Origin: Camelus dromedarius
Taxonomy: Eukaryota
DNA length: 64,000 bases
Assembly: GCF_036321535.1 (NCBI RefSeq)
Contig: NC_087437.1
Location: forward strand, 86,058,001-86,122,000
Direction of reading: 5' to 3'
Shown here: one piece after another, positions 50,395 to 63,859 of the stretch
Numbering within the stretch: position 1 is the stretch's first letter
How the letters are laid out: each line of letters opens with the position of its first letter
Translations under genes and position numbers: made by a program
The notes under the pieces: generated by a model
What the model saw: the letters and a program-made list of their open reading frames with translations, nothing else
Told to the model about the DNA's origin: nothing
Databases searched by the model: none

Positions 50395-50520
50395 TTGTTG
50401 ATTCAACAAAACTTTCTTAAGCCCCCTACTATGTGCCAGACATTCTTCTGAGTGCTGGGGATACAGCAGTAAATAAGACACACAGAAAGCCCTGCCTCTA
50501 TGTAATTTAAATTCTGAAGG
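50395..50520 (-). mobile_element. L2 3' end
   Basis: attcaacaaa ... ctactatgtgccagacattcttctgagtgctggggatacagcagtaaataagaca. Confidence 0.85.
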
Positions 50521-52056
50521 AAAAAAAAGGACAAAAAACTAACCAATGGGGTGTGGAGTTTGGCGCTCATCACTAAAGAAACAACTAAGATGGGGCAGAT
50601 ATATTCTATAGGATATTTTATAGCAGTTAGCAGCAATGAACATGTTTTATTGAAACACAGATTTCTTAAAACACAGTATTCAGTAAAAAGAGTGAGCTAT
50701 AAAATGAGCTCTAAAACATAATACCACCAAAGTAAATTTAAAAATGCCTCCCACATAAACAACACGATCTCTATGACAAGGATTTGTTCATCTCCCTCTC
50801 AAACCTATTACAGTGGGTGACTGTGAGAGGAGGGGAGAGGGAAGGAGAATCAAGAATGGAGAGGGAAGCATCAATAAAACCAAACAAAAAGCAGATTTTA
50901 CCAAAACTGATGGGAATAGTATGCCAGGAACTTCAGAATGTGATTACCTTAATTCTTTACATTTAAGATTCCAAGAACAAAAGGTAAAGAAAAAAGAGAG
51001 AGAGAGAGAAAATAGGCATTATTTCCCATTTCGTATCACATCTTCACTTTAGCTACTTTGTAATAAATGTACTTTTAAAGTATACAATGATGTGACCACA
51101 CATTTTCAGCTTTTCTTTTTGAAAACACATGAGAAACCAGCCAAAAAATGAAATTCAAAACTACAACTGCAAAGAGCAGGCCTTCCATGTTCCATGCAGA
51201 TAAAACAGAGGGATGCAAAAGGAGTCAACTTCTTGGAGGTGGGCATTACCTATTTCCACAATTACGGCGTATTTATTGTGCTGAAGTCACTCCCCAGAGT
51301 GTCCCACGTATTTCCAAGGAGACTAGAGATCTATTATCTAAATTATTCAAAACATGTAAGCTGATAGCCTTAATCACCTCTATAATTCATGAAAATTCAA
51401 TTTTGTAGGTCTTTCTAAATAAAGATAAATCGTGCATGCAATCTTCAGATAATTGCTCAGTGTCGGTTTATCTTTTTACTGCGAACAAGAGTACAATTTA
51501 GGATACAGTCTGTACTGCTTAGGGAAAGCTAGATGTGACACACACATTCAGCAGTGGCATCTTAAAATGGGTCATTCGGCGTCATATTTCCTGGCCACCA
51601 CTATTTTTCCCAGGGTCCACAGACCTACCCACTGGGGCGTTCACAACTTTGTCAAGAGTTAGCACAGCTCTTAATTTGAGGTAGGAGAATTATTCTGCTC
51701 TGATTGGCTAGAGAATTGGGATTCCTATTGCCTTCCTGTAAGATGGGCATAAATATCTATTGCCTATTTAGCTAGTTCCTCGTCCTATTTTACAGCTGAT
51801 TAAAGATGCAAAAGATTAATGTTGAAAAGGCTGGTTCTGCCACAAAAAAATCCATTTGCTCTCATTTGATTTTAGATCTAAAAGTCTTTGAATGGCATAA
51901 AATGCTCTAACAAGATTTTCTCCTCCTTTTCCTTTGGGATCTAAGTCTATGAGTTCTAAAGTAAGGAAAGGGAAACCAGAAGAAATGAAAACAAAAGGTC
52001 CTGAGCAATCTCATCTTGTCAAATATCCCAACCAGTTTTAGAAGCAGCTAAATTAA

Positions 52057-52388
52057 CAGTTCTCAAATTTCTTAGTCCCAGAATCATTTCACATTTTTAA
52101 AATAGTTACTGAAGACTCCAAAGAGCTTTCATTTATGTGGGATATAGCTATCAGAAATTAAAGGTGATACATTTTTTAAATACAAGAATGCACAAGCACA
52201 CATTCTATTAGCTGTCAAATCAATAAGGTCATCACACATCATTTAGTCTCTAGAAAGTTCTATTGTATACTGCTGTGAGGGGCAAATAATGTTCTAGCAT
52301 TGCTGGGAAGATAGTTTTGACCTGGAAAATCCCAGATGTGTTTTAGGGACCTGCAAGAGTTCACAGATCAGATTTTAAGATCCACTCT
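52057..52388. mobile_element. hAT-Charlie MITE
   Basis: cagttctcaaattt ... ccaaagagctttcatttatgtgg ... atagttttgacct ... ttttaagatccact, with Charlie-type termini. Confidence 0.7.
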
Positions 52389-52532
52389 TCTGAATGAATT
52401 CATGCAGAGATATATTTTATAGAAATTATACAGCTTTTGCACATAGGAATGTGCTGAATATCTTTTTTTATCCCTGGAGTGATTAGTGTAGGGCCAGATA
52501 GAAGCCAAATATGAAATCTGCTTCAGGCACAG

Positions 52533-53446
52533 TGAAATAAGAAAATACATATACATATTGGTCTCTGCCCCTGGGTCCTGGTACAGAGCTCCTAAGTCCC
52601 TTGTAATTTCCTGAGTAATAAGAGCACTAGTAAGAGCATCTTTTGTTTTGATATTTGGTCTTTAACTCTGGCTCCTGATTCCTGACAGGGAGCCCCTAAA
52701 TCTTTTGGACATTCCTGGGCGATAGGAGTGTATTTTGTTCCAATGAAGCAACTCTTGGTGGGCCCCTGGGGAGCATCAGGATGATGGCTGGTCACCAGAA
52801 AGACCAAGTCGTGATTAGAAGCTTGGAACTTTCTGCCCCACCACCCATCCTCTGAGAAGGGAACAGAGGTTTTAGATTGAATTAATGATAGATCATGCCT
52901 ATATTATGACACCTGCATAAAAATCCCAAAAGTGTGGATTTCTCAGAGCTTCAAGGTCAGTGAACATTTCCAGGCACCAGGAGGGTGGTTCACCCCAACT
53001 CCAAAAGGGTAGAAGTGCCCAAGACCCTCCCTGACCTCACCTGTGGATCTCTATCTGGCTATTCATCTGTATATCTTATCATATCCCTATTAGATAATAA
53101 ACTGGTCAATGTTAATAAGTGTTTCTCTGAGTTTTGTGAGCTCTTCTAGCAAATGACTGAGGAAGGGGTCACAGGAACCTCAGATTTGCAGCCAAGTTGT
53201 CAGAAATTGTGGTTAACTTAAGGACTCACTACTTGCAACTGGCATCTAAAGCCAAGGGTAGTCTTGTGGGACTGAGATTTTAACCTGTGGGATCTGTACT
53301 AACTCCAGGTATAACTGAACTGAATTGTAGAACACTCCGCTGGCGTTGGAGAATTGTTTGATGTGTGGAAAACACTCACCCCTAGTGTCAGAAGTACTGT
53401 GAGCGTAGTAGTAATATTGAGGAAAAAGCAGAATTTTTCCTAGGCA
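52533..53446 (+). mobile_element. ERVL-class solo LTR (MER21-like)
   Basis: cagagctcctaagtcccttg(t)aatttcctgag occurs with an internal second copy, plus ggctggtcaccagaaagaccaag, aataaactgg and gtcttgtgggactgag. Confidence 0.85.
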
Positions 53447-54252
53447 AGCACCCTCCCAGTGGTGACACTGGGTTCTCTCTGCAGCCAGGCAGCGACTCCA
53501 TTCTCTTACCATTAACTGTCAGTGGGGCAGCCCTCCCTCTGGTCTCCTCCCTCCCCCCTTTCCCATCACCTTTCACCCTACCTTCCTTTGCCCTATGCCC
53601 TCCTCCTAGATCTCCCCTAAATGAATATGATAAACTACCTTAACATGCTCACTAATAGACGGGAATAACATGTTTTTGTAACTGAGAGCTCTAAAAAAAC
53701 AAACAACTTTAAGCTAAAAAAGCAAACTTCCACTGATAAAAATTTATAGTGTAACAGACAGTGTGTCAGTCTCATGTTGATAAAAAATTTCTATGGCCAG
53801 AGATCAGCAGAAATTTTCACCTGGCATGAAATTTTACCTGGCAAAAAGTTGTGCCAACAGCAATCACTTTTTTTCCTAGATACAGTAACAATCCTGACCT
53901 GAAAAACACTTTGATGCTTTCAAATATCTGCAAACCCAGCTCAGTTCTTGGCACATAGCAAGTCCTCAATAATGTTAAAGTGAGTTCCACTGAATTCACC
54001 CTCAATCTCTTTGTGTAAAAACAGAAATATCTGAAGGTTAATGGAATTCCCTTAAGCTATTAAGATGCAATCTACTGCATTTTCTATGTGTGAAAATGCA
54101 CTTCTAGTGCATTTGCAAAGTTAAGGCAGTTTCCAAAGGTCCCAAATGTAAGAATTTAGATAAATGAACCCATTTTTTTCAGCCAATTCTCCTTTCCTAC
54201 CTTTCTTCCTTCTTCCATTTATCTATTTTTTCAACAAATACTTATCAGGCAC

Positions 54253-54598
54253 TGTCTTAGTCAGTTTGGGCTGCTAAAACAAAAATGCCACAGGCTGGGT
54301 GTCTCAAACAACAAACATTTCTCTCTTACAGTTCTGGAGGCTGGAAGTTCAAGATCACGGTGCCAGCAGATTCGGTGTCTGATGAGAGCCCACTTCCTGG
54401 CTCAGAGACAACACCGTGTCTTTACGTGGTAGAAGGAAGGGACAAGCCCCCTGGGGTTTCTTTTCAAGGGCACTAATCCCCTTCACGAGGGCTCCACTTT
54501 CTTGACCTAAACACCTCCCTAAGGCACCCACCTCCTATCATAATGATGGCTAGGATACCAACATATAAATTTGGGGGAGACACATTCAGTCCATAACA
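54253..54598 (-). mobile_element. MaLR LTR (MLT1A-like) inserted in an L2 3' end
   Basis: tgtcttagtcagtttgggctgct ... acacattcagtccataaca. 5-bp TSD ggcac/ggtac. The flanks rejoin as antisense L2 (caacaaatacttat ... atgtgccagtcactg). Confidence 0.9.
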
Positions 54599-54845
54599 GG
54601 TACCTGATATGTGCCAGTCACTGTTTTTGGTGGTTTGGACCTTTGATTTAATAAAATAGATCCCTCTGCCTTGGAGACGCTTACTCACAATGATGCAATA
54701 TCCAACAAGCGTATTAAATAAGTAGACGACACGAGGTTGAAGTTGTTTTGTGCTGTGTTAACCTGTTGAAGCTGGGATCCCCTCGATGTATGATGCTGGT
54801 TAGAGTTGTCCCAAAGCTGAATTTGTGGGCGATTGGGAAGTGGGA

Positions 54846-55372
54846 CACGATAGTAAGAGTTCTTTAGAGAAACAGAACCAACAGGAGATATATGTGTCTA
54901 TAGATACATGTATCTGTAGACATAGATATAAATATATACATATCTATGAGAAGATTTATTATAGGAAATGACTCACAGATTATGAAGGCTGAGAGGTCCC
55001 ATGTGCTGTCTGCAAGCTGAAGAGTCCAGAAAGCCAGTAGAATAACTCAGAGTGCAAAAGGCCTGAAACTTTGAGGGCCAGTGATGCAAATCCCAGTCTG
55101 AGTGTGGAAGCCCCACAGCCAGAAGAGCCAATATCCACAGGCAGGCGAAGATGGATGTCCCAGTTCAAGCAAAGAGCAAATTTGCCCTTCCACCACCTTT
55201 TTGTCCTACTGGGGCCCTCAACAGATTTCTGAGGAAGATCTTCTTCACTCAGTCTACTGATTCAAATGCCAATCTCTTCCAGGAACACCCTTCCAGGCAT
55301 ATCCAGAAATAGTGTTTGACCAGCTATCTGGTACCCCTTAGCCCAGTCAAGTAGAAAAAATTAACCATCACA
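54846..55372 (-). mobile_element. ERVL LTR (MLT2B-like) nested in an older ERVL-type LTR
   Basis: agagaaacagaaccaacagga ... agcccagtcaagt ... aaattaaccatcaca, flanked by GTGGGA at 54840-54845 and 55373-55378. The host LTR spans about 54750-55680. Confidence 0.9.
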
Positions 55373-56591
55373 GTGGGAATGAAATAGCATCCATTACTCT
55401 CTGAGGGTCGTTCTGATTGGATGAGGTGAGAGGCAGAAACGCAGGTATCAGTGGTTCCAGCTTGTCCTCTCTGCTCACATCTGATTCATTTTCCCCACAG
55501 CAGGCCCTGCTGGCCAACAGCAATCCTGGCTCCACCACCAGACGCAGAGGCTGCAGCCTTCCGTAGACTTCTACACCAGCTGCCCTTCTCATTGCGTGGA
55601 TGTCCTGGCTCCCCAGATTTCACAGCAAGTTCCAATTTTTACTGCACTAGCACTAGAAAGACTGGTCAGTGACTTTGAAATTATCCTGGGCTAGAAACAG
55701 AAATTTGGGTCATTAATATGGATGATATTTAAAGGTTTTGTAAATCACTTTACAGTTGACAAAGCCATCATTATCTAATTTATCACACATCTGTAAAGTA
55801 TGTAGGACTAGTATCATGATCCCTATTTTCCAGATGAGAAAATTAGGTTTCAGAGGTCACACCAGATATAAAAGTTGATACCCAACTTTTTTGTGAACTT
55901 CCAGTCCTCCATTTTTTAGGACGTATCTTAAGATCCAGGAGGAGACTTAAAAATTGAAACTTAGAGATTATCTTTTTTTCTTGACCAGACTGTTAGTAAA
56001 TTTATAACCAAATGTGGGCTACACTCACACCCTGCAAGCATCAAAGAGCAATGTAAATTTTACCAACGTTTTAATGATGGGAAAATGGAATATGTTTGTT
56101 TCACCAAGAGTGCATCATTTCACTTCTACAATTCTCATTTATCACCATGTTCTACTCCACAAACCTCCCTAGTTTTTCCACAAGTTATTCCTTTTTCAAT
56201 ACCAACCCCCTATCCTTCCCACCTCCCACACCCATACTCTAATTTTACAAACATTTCCTCAAGGTTCATTATATTACACTTTATTCTCCAGAGCAGTTCA
56301 ACACCATCCCTGCTCCTGCAATCTTGTGCCATCACACCCTTTAACCAATGCTCTTTCAGCTCTGTGAAAAGCCAGCAGGCAAAGTTTTCCCCAATACCAG
56401 GATCAAGACTGACCCTCCTTAGTTGGTACAGGAAGCCATAAAACACATTTTCCTGCTGCAAATCTTTCCCCTGTTCTACAGGCATTAGATTTGGGGAGAG
56501 AATGGAGCATACTGAAATGAGCACAACATCTGGGGGTCAAAGAGCCTGGATTCTAGACCTGTTTCTACCACATCACAGCATCACCATAGAC

Positions 56592-56787
56592 CAGGGTTTC
56601 TCTCCCAGGGCAGTACTGACATTTTGGTCTGGGTAATTCATTATAATGAGGAGGTGTAGCAGCAGCCCCGACCCCTACCCACCAGATGCCAGTAGTACCC
56701 CTCCCCTAACTGTGACAACTAGATGTATCTTCAGACATTGCCAAATGTCCCCTGGGGTGGCAAATTACCCTCGGTTGAGAAACACTG
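56592..56787 (-). mobile_element. MER20 (internally deleted) inserted in a MIR
   Basis: cagggtttctc ... gacattgccaaatgtcccctgggg ... ggttgagaaacactg. The flanks 56530-56590 and 56790-56890 read as one MIR. Confidence 0.9.
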
Positions 56788-58329
56788 CATTAGTGAGATA
56801 GGTTTGCTTCCTATTTTGTAAACTGAAGAGATTATCACATCTACATCACAGTATTGTTAAGAAAATTAAATGAGATTATCCATTTTAAACTGCTCTGCAG
56901 ATATTTATTAATATTGACAAAGTAATCAGTTTTTCCTCTATTTAATCACTTAGGGGGTTTCCAATTCATCTAACCATAGACACTCAAACATTTAATTTGA
57001 TATTTATAGTTGTAATTTAGTCTTTCTTATTCACAAAGTAAGGTGTATAGTCCTGGTCTCTGCTCTTCTGCCAGGGACAGAGTCACATCTGCCATTCAAT
57101 GCAACAGACATTCCTCTCATTACAGTGCAATATTCGATTCAAAAATTCATATTCAGTTTTAGAAATGCTCACAGGGTAGACAACCGCCACTACATCTGAC
57201 AGTGCCTTTTAAATTTGGGCAGCTCTTTCCCCTAATCTGCATTACAATTCAGTGGAAGATGATCTACCATAGCGAGAAATGGTCTGGACAAGCTTCTGAT
57301 TAGCAGGAGGTTCCAAACAGCGGTGTCTCTGCCAGACAGATGTCAGCAGAATTCAACCTCCCAACCTTGTTGCAACTGTGCACCAGAGCTGCCTAACAAC
57401 GCTGCTTTGACATGCCTCTCATTAGTTAAGATTTCATACAAAGACTGTTCAATAATAAAACCGTTTTTTTCAGAGGTCAATATGTATTGGCCCTTCCAAA
57501 ACCACCCTGGCATCAATTCCAGGACACAATTTATTGCCTAATAAGCAAGCAAGCTTTTCAATTATTTCCTCTCCCCCAAATCTTACTCTCTGTGATTTGA
57601 CTGTCTTGTTGCCAAGTCCGAGAAACCTGAAGCTAGGTGGGGAAGGGAGGAGGATTCTTAAAGAGACAGTCAATGCTACACGAACATTGGAAACAATGAG
57701 AGGACCTCTGCCTGACTTGGACCACTGACCAATTTGCACTGTGTCATTCTAACCTCTCTCTCCAGAGTCTGAATCTGTGTGAGAAGTCTCCTACCAACAG
57801 CTGTCCTTTCATTCCTACTCCCCACTTTCATTTCACCCAGAAATCCACCTATTTAACTCCACTCAAAGGTCCCAGTCTGGCTACCCTAGAGAAGTTCCTG
57901 ATTTAAACAGCAAGTTTCAGCTTTTCCTGACAAAAGCAAAGGGGCAGCTCAGAACAAAAGCCAAATCTGACCCCTTGCGTCAGTCTCTCACCTGCTCTTT
58001 CCCTCTTCACAGATCTGCAGTCGTTTTCCCAGCATTAGTGTCTAATTACGGCTTGTTCATCCCCAGCCCTGGTCTTGTGAGTGCCTTCTGACACCTGGTT
58101 CTCACCCATACCTACTCTCCTTTCAGGTTCAAGTCATCTTCCCTGGCTTACCATCTCTCGGTCACTGACAGCTGGCGTCACAATACCTGAGGTGCCCGCT
58201 GATGCCAAAATAGACTCTATTTGACAAGATAACACAGCTTTTAGACAATCGGAGGCCAAAAGAAGTGCACATGCGGAGAAAAATAACTGTCATATTTTTA
58301 CAACTCATCCTTTCAAAAGTAAGCTGCTT

Positions 58330-58852
58330 TCATGATTTACAATACCAAGACATGGAAGCGACCTAACTATCCAACAACAGATGAATGGATAAAGAAGATG
58401 TTGTATATATACAATGTAATAGTACTCAGACATAAAAGGAAGGAAATATTGCCATTTGCAGCAATATGGATGAACCTAAAGAGTATCATACTAAGTGAAA
58501 TAAGTCAAAGATAAATATCGTATGATATCACTTATATGTGGAATCTAAAGAATAATACAAATGATTCTATTTACAAAACAGAAACAGACTCACAGACATA
58601 GAAAACAAACTTATGGTTACCAAAGAGGAAGGGGGGCATTAATTAGTAATATGGGATTAACAGATACATACTACTTTATATAAAATAGATAAGGATTTAC
58701 TGTAAACACAAGGAACAATTTTCAGTATCTTGTAATAATCAATAATGGAAAATAATCTGAAAAGGTTTTATGTATATAAATATTGCTGAATCACCCTGCT
58801 GTACACCTGAAGCTAATACAATATTGTAAATCAACTATACTTCAATTTTTTA
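58330..58852 (+). mobile_element. 5'-truncated LINE-1 3' end with TSD
   Basis: ORF2 C-terminus (KTWKRP...DEWIKKM...PFAAIWMNL..IILSEISQ) plus 3'UTR. TSD AAAAGTAAG(C/G)TGCTT at 58315-58329 and 58853-58867 (14/15). Confidence 0.95.
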
Positions 58853-59784
58853 AAAAGTAAGGTGCTTCACAAGCATTTTCTTTCTAGCATTTTATTAAGT
58901 TTTAATCCCTTATTAGAAACAACTAGAAGGCAAAGGCTGGAGAATGTGAGAAAATTTATTTCTTAATAAATTGTTATTTACATTTTTCCTAAATAATCTA
59001 CTCCTGGAAAAGAAGTCTGTCTAAGAGTGGTGATGGATTTGCATTGGTTCATCAATAGATTTCCCTCCCTCTAAGCCCTGCCTGGAAACACTGACTGGGG
59101 TGTAGTATATAATACCTGTAAACCCAGTCAAGCTTAACTTATCACACTTAAGTTAAATTTCAGTGTAATTACAGTAATACCAAGCAGATGCTTAGAAGTT
59201 AGAACCAATTTCCTTGCGTGGGACTATGAGGATGTTGTGAGAAGCTAGTAAGATATGTATGTCGACGTGTCCAGCAAAGTGTGCATCTATATCACCATCT
59301 AATATTTGGATACTTTGGTTACCACAGAAGTTTGACAGAAAAAGAAGTGTACGTGCAGACAATTAAAGAACTGTTGATAATTTAGAGCAGAAGTATAAGG
59401 CAGGGACAGAAAAACTGTTATTTTCACTTTCTGTCTTCTGGACACCAAAGAAAAATCACTGCCCATGTAACCTCTGAGATGAGAATTTGAGACAATCCAA
59501 GTAAAGAAATCCAAAAAAGAAAAGAGGCTTGCCAGGTGACCAGAAGAAAAATGAAGAGAGATCACCTCTGTACTGCCCAGGGAATGAAGCAGGCTGTCTA
59601 ATAAGAGCCCCCACAAAGGGCCATTCATTAGCTTTGTGGGATAAATTTCTCCCCGGGCTCTGGCCCTCAGCCAGGCCCCTTATTTCATCAGAACAGCAAG
59701 AGCATATCCATCTCTGAGGGCCAGATTCTTATCAACAGGTTTATGAAGAAGGTACACAAAACCGCAGTGCCAATGTGTTATCAT

Positions 59785-59985
59785 TCTGTGTAATGGATTT
59801 GAACCTTGGCAATTTAGCTAAACTGGAACTACATTTCCCATGACTCTCTTCCCTTGTTGGCTAAAAGAGGCTTTTTGCAACTGGTGACAGACTGTTTAAC
59901 CATCTCTTACAATTGCATAAGGTACAATCTCTGTTAAAAAAAAAAATCATAGTGGTTCTGTTTCTCTGACCCTAACCTGATTTAT
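59785..59985 (+). mobile_element. Old ERVL-type LTR remnant
   Basis: ttagctaaactggaactacatttccca ... tagtggttctgtttctctgaccctaacctgat. Confidence 0.55.
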
Positions 59986-62535
59986 ATTTTAAAAATAACT
60001 AAAATGGACCCTGAGTTCTTCAAGCCTATGTGGTCAGCACATTCCTTTCCTATAGACAGAACTCTCTGGGAATGAAACAATCACCAGAAACTTGCTCAGA
60101 AAGCTTAGAAACAGAACAGAGAATTAATTAGAGAAATCAAATGTGTAATGTAAATTAGATCTGTTTTAATATAGGATCTCCTTGCCTGTAGAGAAAGATT
60201 ACTAAAAATTCTGAACTATGCTAGGATAGGCCTTGCCAAAATGTGCCTGATTGTTCTTTTCAATACTTTCAAGAGTAACCAATCACTGAATGAGAACTTT
60301 TCCCTTAAATGTGTTAATCACTCAGTAATATTTCAATCAATTTTTTTCCTTGTTAGCATAAGTTGAGTTTGAGTATCTCTTTCCTGATCTATTATGGTCC
60401 AAACACCTAAAAAAATCCATGACTCTTCTCCACAATTGAAATTCTTTACTTCATTTTCTAGGTTCTGCAAATTCGAGATAAATTTAGCTTCTCAAGCAAT
60501 CTCTTTTATGAAGGAAATACCCTCATGGAGGATAGCAGACTTTCTCATCTTAGCATGAATTAACTCCATCTGTTTGTTTTCCTCTTGCTGTGGTCAGTTG
60601 TACTGAAAGAACTGGTGCTTTATCAAAGAGTTAGGAAAGAAGAAAATCATTTTAGAACGCAGGGATCTTTGAGGGAAGAAGAATGCAGCTGAGTCATCAC
60701 AGGGGGAGCCTGGCAGACACAGGCAGTATCATTGCTCAGGGCTTCTGAGAAAAGGAGGAGAGGGAACACTCTGCAGATACTTTCTCTGATTCCAAATTCT
60801 GCAGTCATACGTACTTCAGTAGCCGAGTTAGGCTCAGCAATAGATTCTTCCCAAATCTCAGACCCCCGACTGAGAAAATCATATGGTGAGTTCTATTTCA
60901 AATGCTAATATATGAACAGCTCTCCCCCCAGACATCAAAGCCATCTCCATAAATGGTTCTCATTAGGTGTCATTTGAAAGGCTTTGGTACAAATGTGTGG
61001 CTCTAAGACATCTTGAAAATTTCAGAATAATCAAACTGCAAGCAGCAATTATTGCAAGATACAAGAATCATTTCATTTCTGTTGTTGTTGTTAACTTGAA
61101 TACAACCTCCAAATTACATGCCAAATGGAAAGTTTTCCTCACTGTCAGAACTCCAAATAGAAGTTTATCTGATTCTTAAAAATAGTATTTTCAGCCTTGA
61201 AAAAAACCTGGAATTTTTGGAATAAAAATGAAAGAGTGAAGACAACCGTATTTTATAAAATTCCACTTTCAAGCAAACTTTATGAAGCATTTTATTTTGT
61301 ATAGAAACTTTGAAATAGCCTAAAGGCTTTCTTTGACCAGCTGTATAGTCTATCTGTTAAATGTCCTCAGAGTGAAAAGCTTCCCTCAGCAGAGGCACCT
61401 GCAGGATGTGGAACGATTCATTTTTACTCCAAATATCGGTTCTGTGGTAGCATCAGCTCTACTGGCTCATCATTTACATTCACAATGGACATCTGGAGCC
61501 AGCAAAAGGAAACATCGAGCTTGTGTGTGTTATCAAATTAAAAAGGAAAAAGAGAATGCTATAAAGTTCTGAGAGTCTCTGTAACATTTAATTATGCTTT
61601 CAACTGTAGTCCAATCAAAAATATGCTTTTGCAGGAAAACTGGCACTAAGAAAAAACATGCTTTGCTCTTCAGATTGTTGCTAGGTCAAGCTCTCAATTC
61701 ACAAGCTGAGGGAAAAGCAGCCATGCTACAACTATAGGGTCTTTCCTCCGTGGAAGCCAAAGAGCTTCACCGCTCTTCCCAGCAGGACTTTATGTCCTCC
61801 GCTTCCCCGTGACAGGTAATCACCCCTCCCCTCCTGATGGAGGAACCAGAAACTGTTAAGCCAGTTAGTAAGCATAAGATTAACTAGATCTGCAAGGCTG
61901 GGTTGTCAATAAGCCTACTATTTCATGGGATAAATCCAAATCCAGTACCTATGGCTGGATACAGATTTGATAATGGAATGCTATACTATTCCTATGGGAA
62001 GTTGATTTGATTTTGTTTTAGAAAACTTTTATACGAGAATTTTAGTAATTTTTGAAATCACGTCTCTGAAAGAAAAGGCCTTGCTCTACAAAAAAGGGAG
62101 GGGGAAGTAATAACAACTTGCTGCTTCCAGATGATCTTTATACTGACTTTTCCTAGTGAAATTGTTTCAGATATTAGGCTGTTTCTATCCTAACCCCAAA
62201 TTAACTCAGTCATCTGTCTGCTGAGGGACCGACAAAAAAGACTTCAACAGGCAGATGATGGTATTGGTGAAAAGAGTGTTTTTCTAGCTTATCCAGCCAT
62301 TGCATAAACATTCACTGAGCCTTTACTGTGTTTACTGCACTGTACTAAATAGTATGAGAAATTCAAAATGGAGCTTATAACCCAGCTGGAAAGAAAGAGC
62401 ATAATAAAGAAAAATGAGAGAATGATTTATTTTAAAAAAAGCATATTCACAGAGAAGTTTTGTATTTAATATGTAAGTAATATCATTGTAATTAATGATA
62501 CCACTACCTCAACCACCCCAGCCACCTACACAAAC

Positions 62536-62538
<3 letters not shown>

Positions 62539-62582
<44 letters not shown>
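62539..62582. repeat. (CA)22 microsatellite
   Basis: Directly visible uninterrupted array. Confidence 0.97.
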
Positions 62583-62586
<4 letters not shown>

Positions 62587-63681
62587 AATTATATTTGGAT
62601 TCAATGGAGCTATATAAAAAATTGTTCCTCTGGGAAAAATTCTATTTTAAGACTAAACGTTTTAAAATTTAGGTTTTTAAAGAACACTGAAACAAATCAA
62701 TAACCAGGAGGTTATGTTTTCTTACAGTATATTACAGTATAGTAACAACAGGAGTTTACATAACCTGGTTGCTATTATAATATACTATAAGAAACATAAA
62801 CATAAGATCACTATTCTTAACTGTTGCATTATGATTGTTCCTCTCATGTTGTTTATATTTAAAGTATTCTTTAAAATATTAGTGCTTTCTGAATAAAGGT
62901 TTCATTGTCCTGAGTGAATTTATACTCTGAATTTACATTTAATTCTGAATTCTTTTAATATTATACTAGATCTCATTTTTTTAAGGGCTTTGAATTATTT
63001 GGTTTTGGTTTTCACATTTTCTCAACCATTATAATTCATGTCACCTGGTAACACCTCTGTGCAGCACCATGTATTTTTATTTAACAAATGACATGGGGTT
63101 GGCACAATGTTCGGGCTTGAAAATCTTTTCATCACTTATTTGTATTTTTTGACATACTTACTAACAGCTAGTCTATACTTTTTTAATTCAGAAAAGTATT
63201 TAGACTCTATGCTTAAATGTGTTTTTCCTTAAGTTTTGTTCCATATACAACATGGAAATGTTAACATAGCAGAATGTCTTTGACAAACTAAGATATTGCC
63301 TGTCGTTATCCTGCTCATGACTAAACGTAACACGTCAGTTAAAAAAAACCACCATGTGCTGGGTGAATCAAGTATAGGAAGGCTTCCCCTGACATTGTGG
63401 TGCCAGTTTCAGCACAGCTATGTAGCCTGCCCAGCTGATGCAGTGATCAGGACACCCCAACCCTGGATCTTTGCTGCCCAGGAAGTTCAAGCAGATGTCC
63501 TGGCAGGAAAACGGGTTTGTCAGCCAAAATTTGTCATGAATAATCACTGTTTCATTTCCACATATAACCCCCAATGGTTATATAATGAAGTGTAGGCTGC
63601 ATTTCTCCACCCTCTTCCTGTATCTTATTATTAGCAGGATAGAAGCCCCTGTAAAGCTGGAGCTTCCTCCCTCCTCCAGCT

Positions 63682-63859
63682 CAGTGGTTCTCACACTTCA
63701 GTGCACATCAGAGTCACAGGGAGGACCGGCTGGGCCCTAGCCCTCGGGTTTCTGACATGGGGGGTCTGGGTGGAACCTGGGAATCTGCATTCCTGATGAT
63801 GACTTCACATTCCAGGTGATGCTGATGCTGCTCCAGAAATCAGGCTTTGAAATCCACTG
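63682..63859. mobile_element. MER5A-like hAT-Charlie MITE
   Basis: cagtggttctca ... gaatctgcatt ... ccaggtgatgctgatgctgct ... ctttgaaatccactg, with terminal inverted repeats. Confidence 0.85.

Noticed and set aside
54895..54922. Near-perfect 28-bp palindrome tgtctatagatacatgtatctgtagaca
   Set aside because: It lies in the low-complexity TA/GA tract that MLT2 LTRs carry at this position.
59135..59157. Small hairpin ttaactta-tcacact-taagttaa
   Set aside because: An 8-bp AT-rich stem is expected by chance.
63296..63595. Overlapping 99-aa (+) and 68-aa (-) ORFs near the window end
   Set aside because: Non-ATG starts, no recognisable protein and no convincing splice boundaries.
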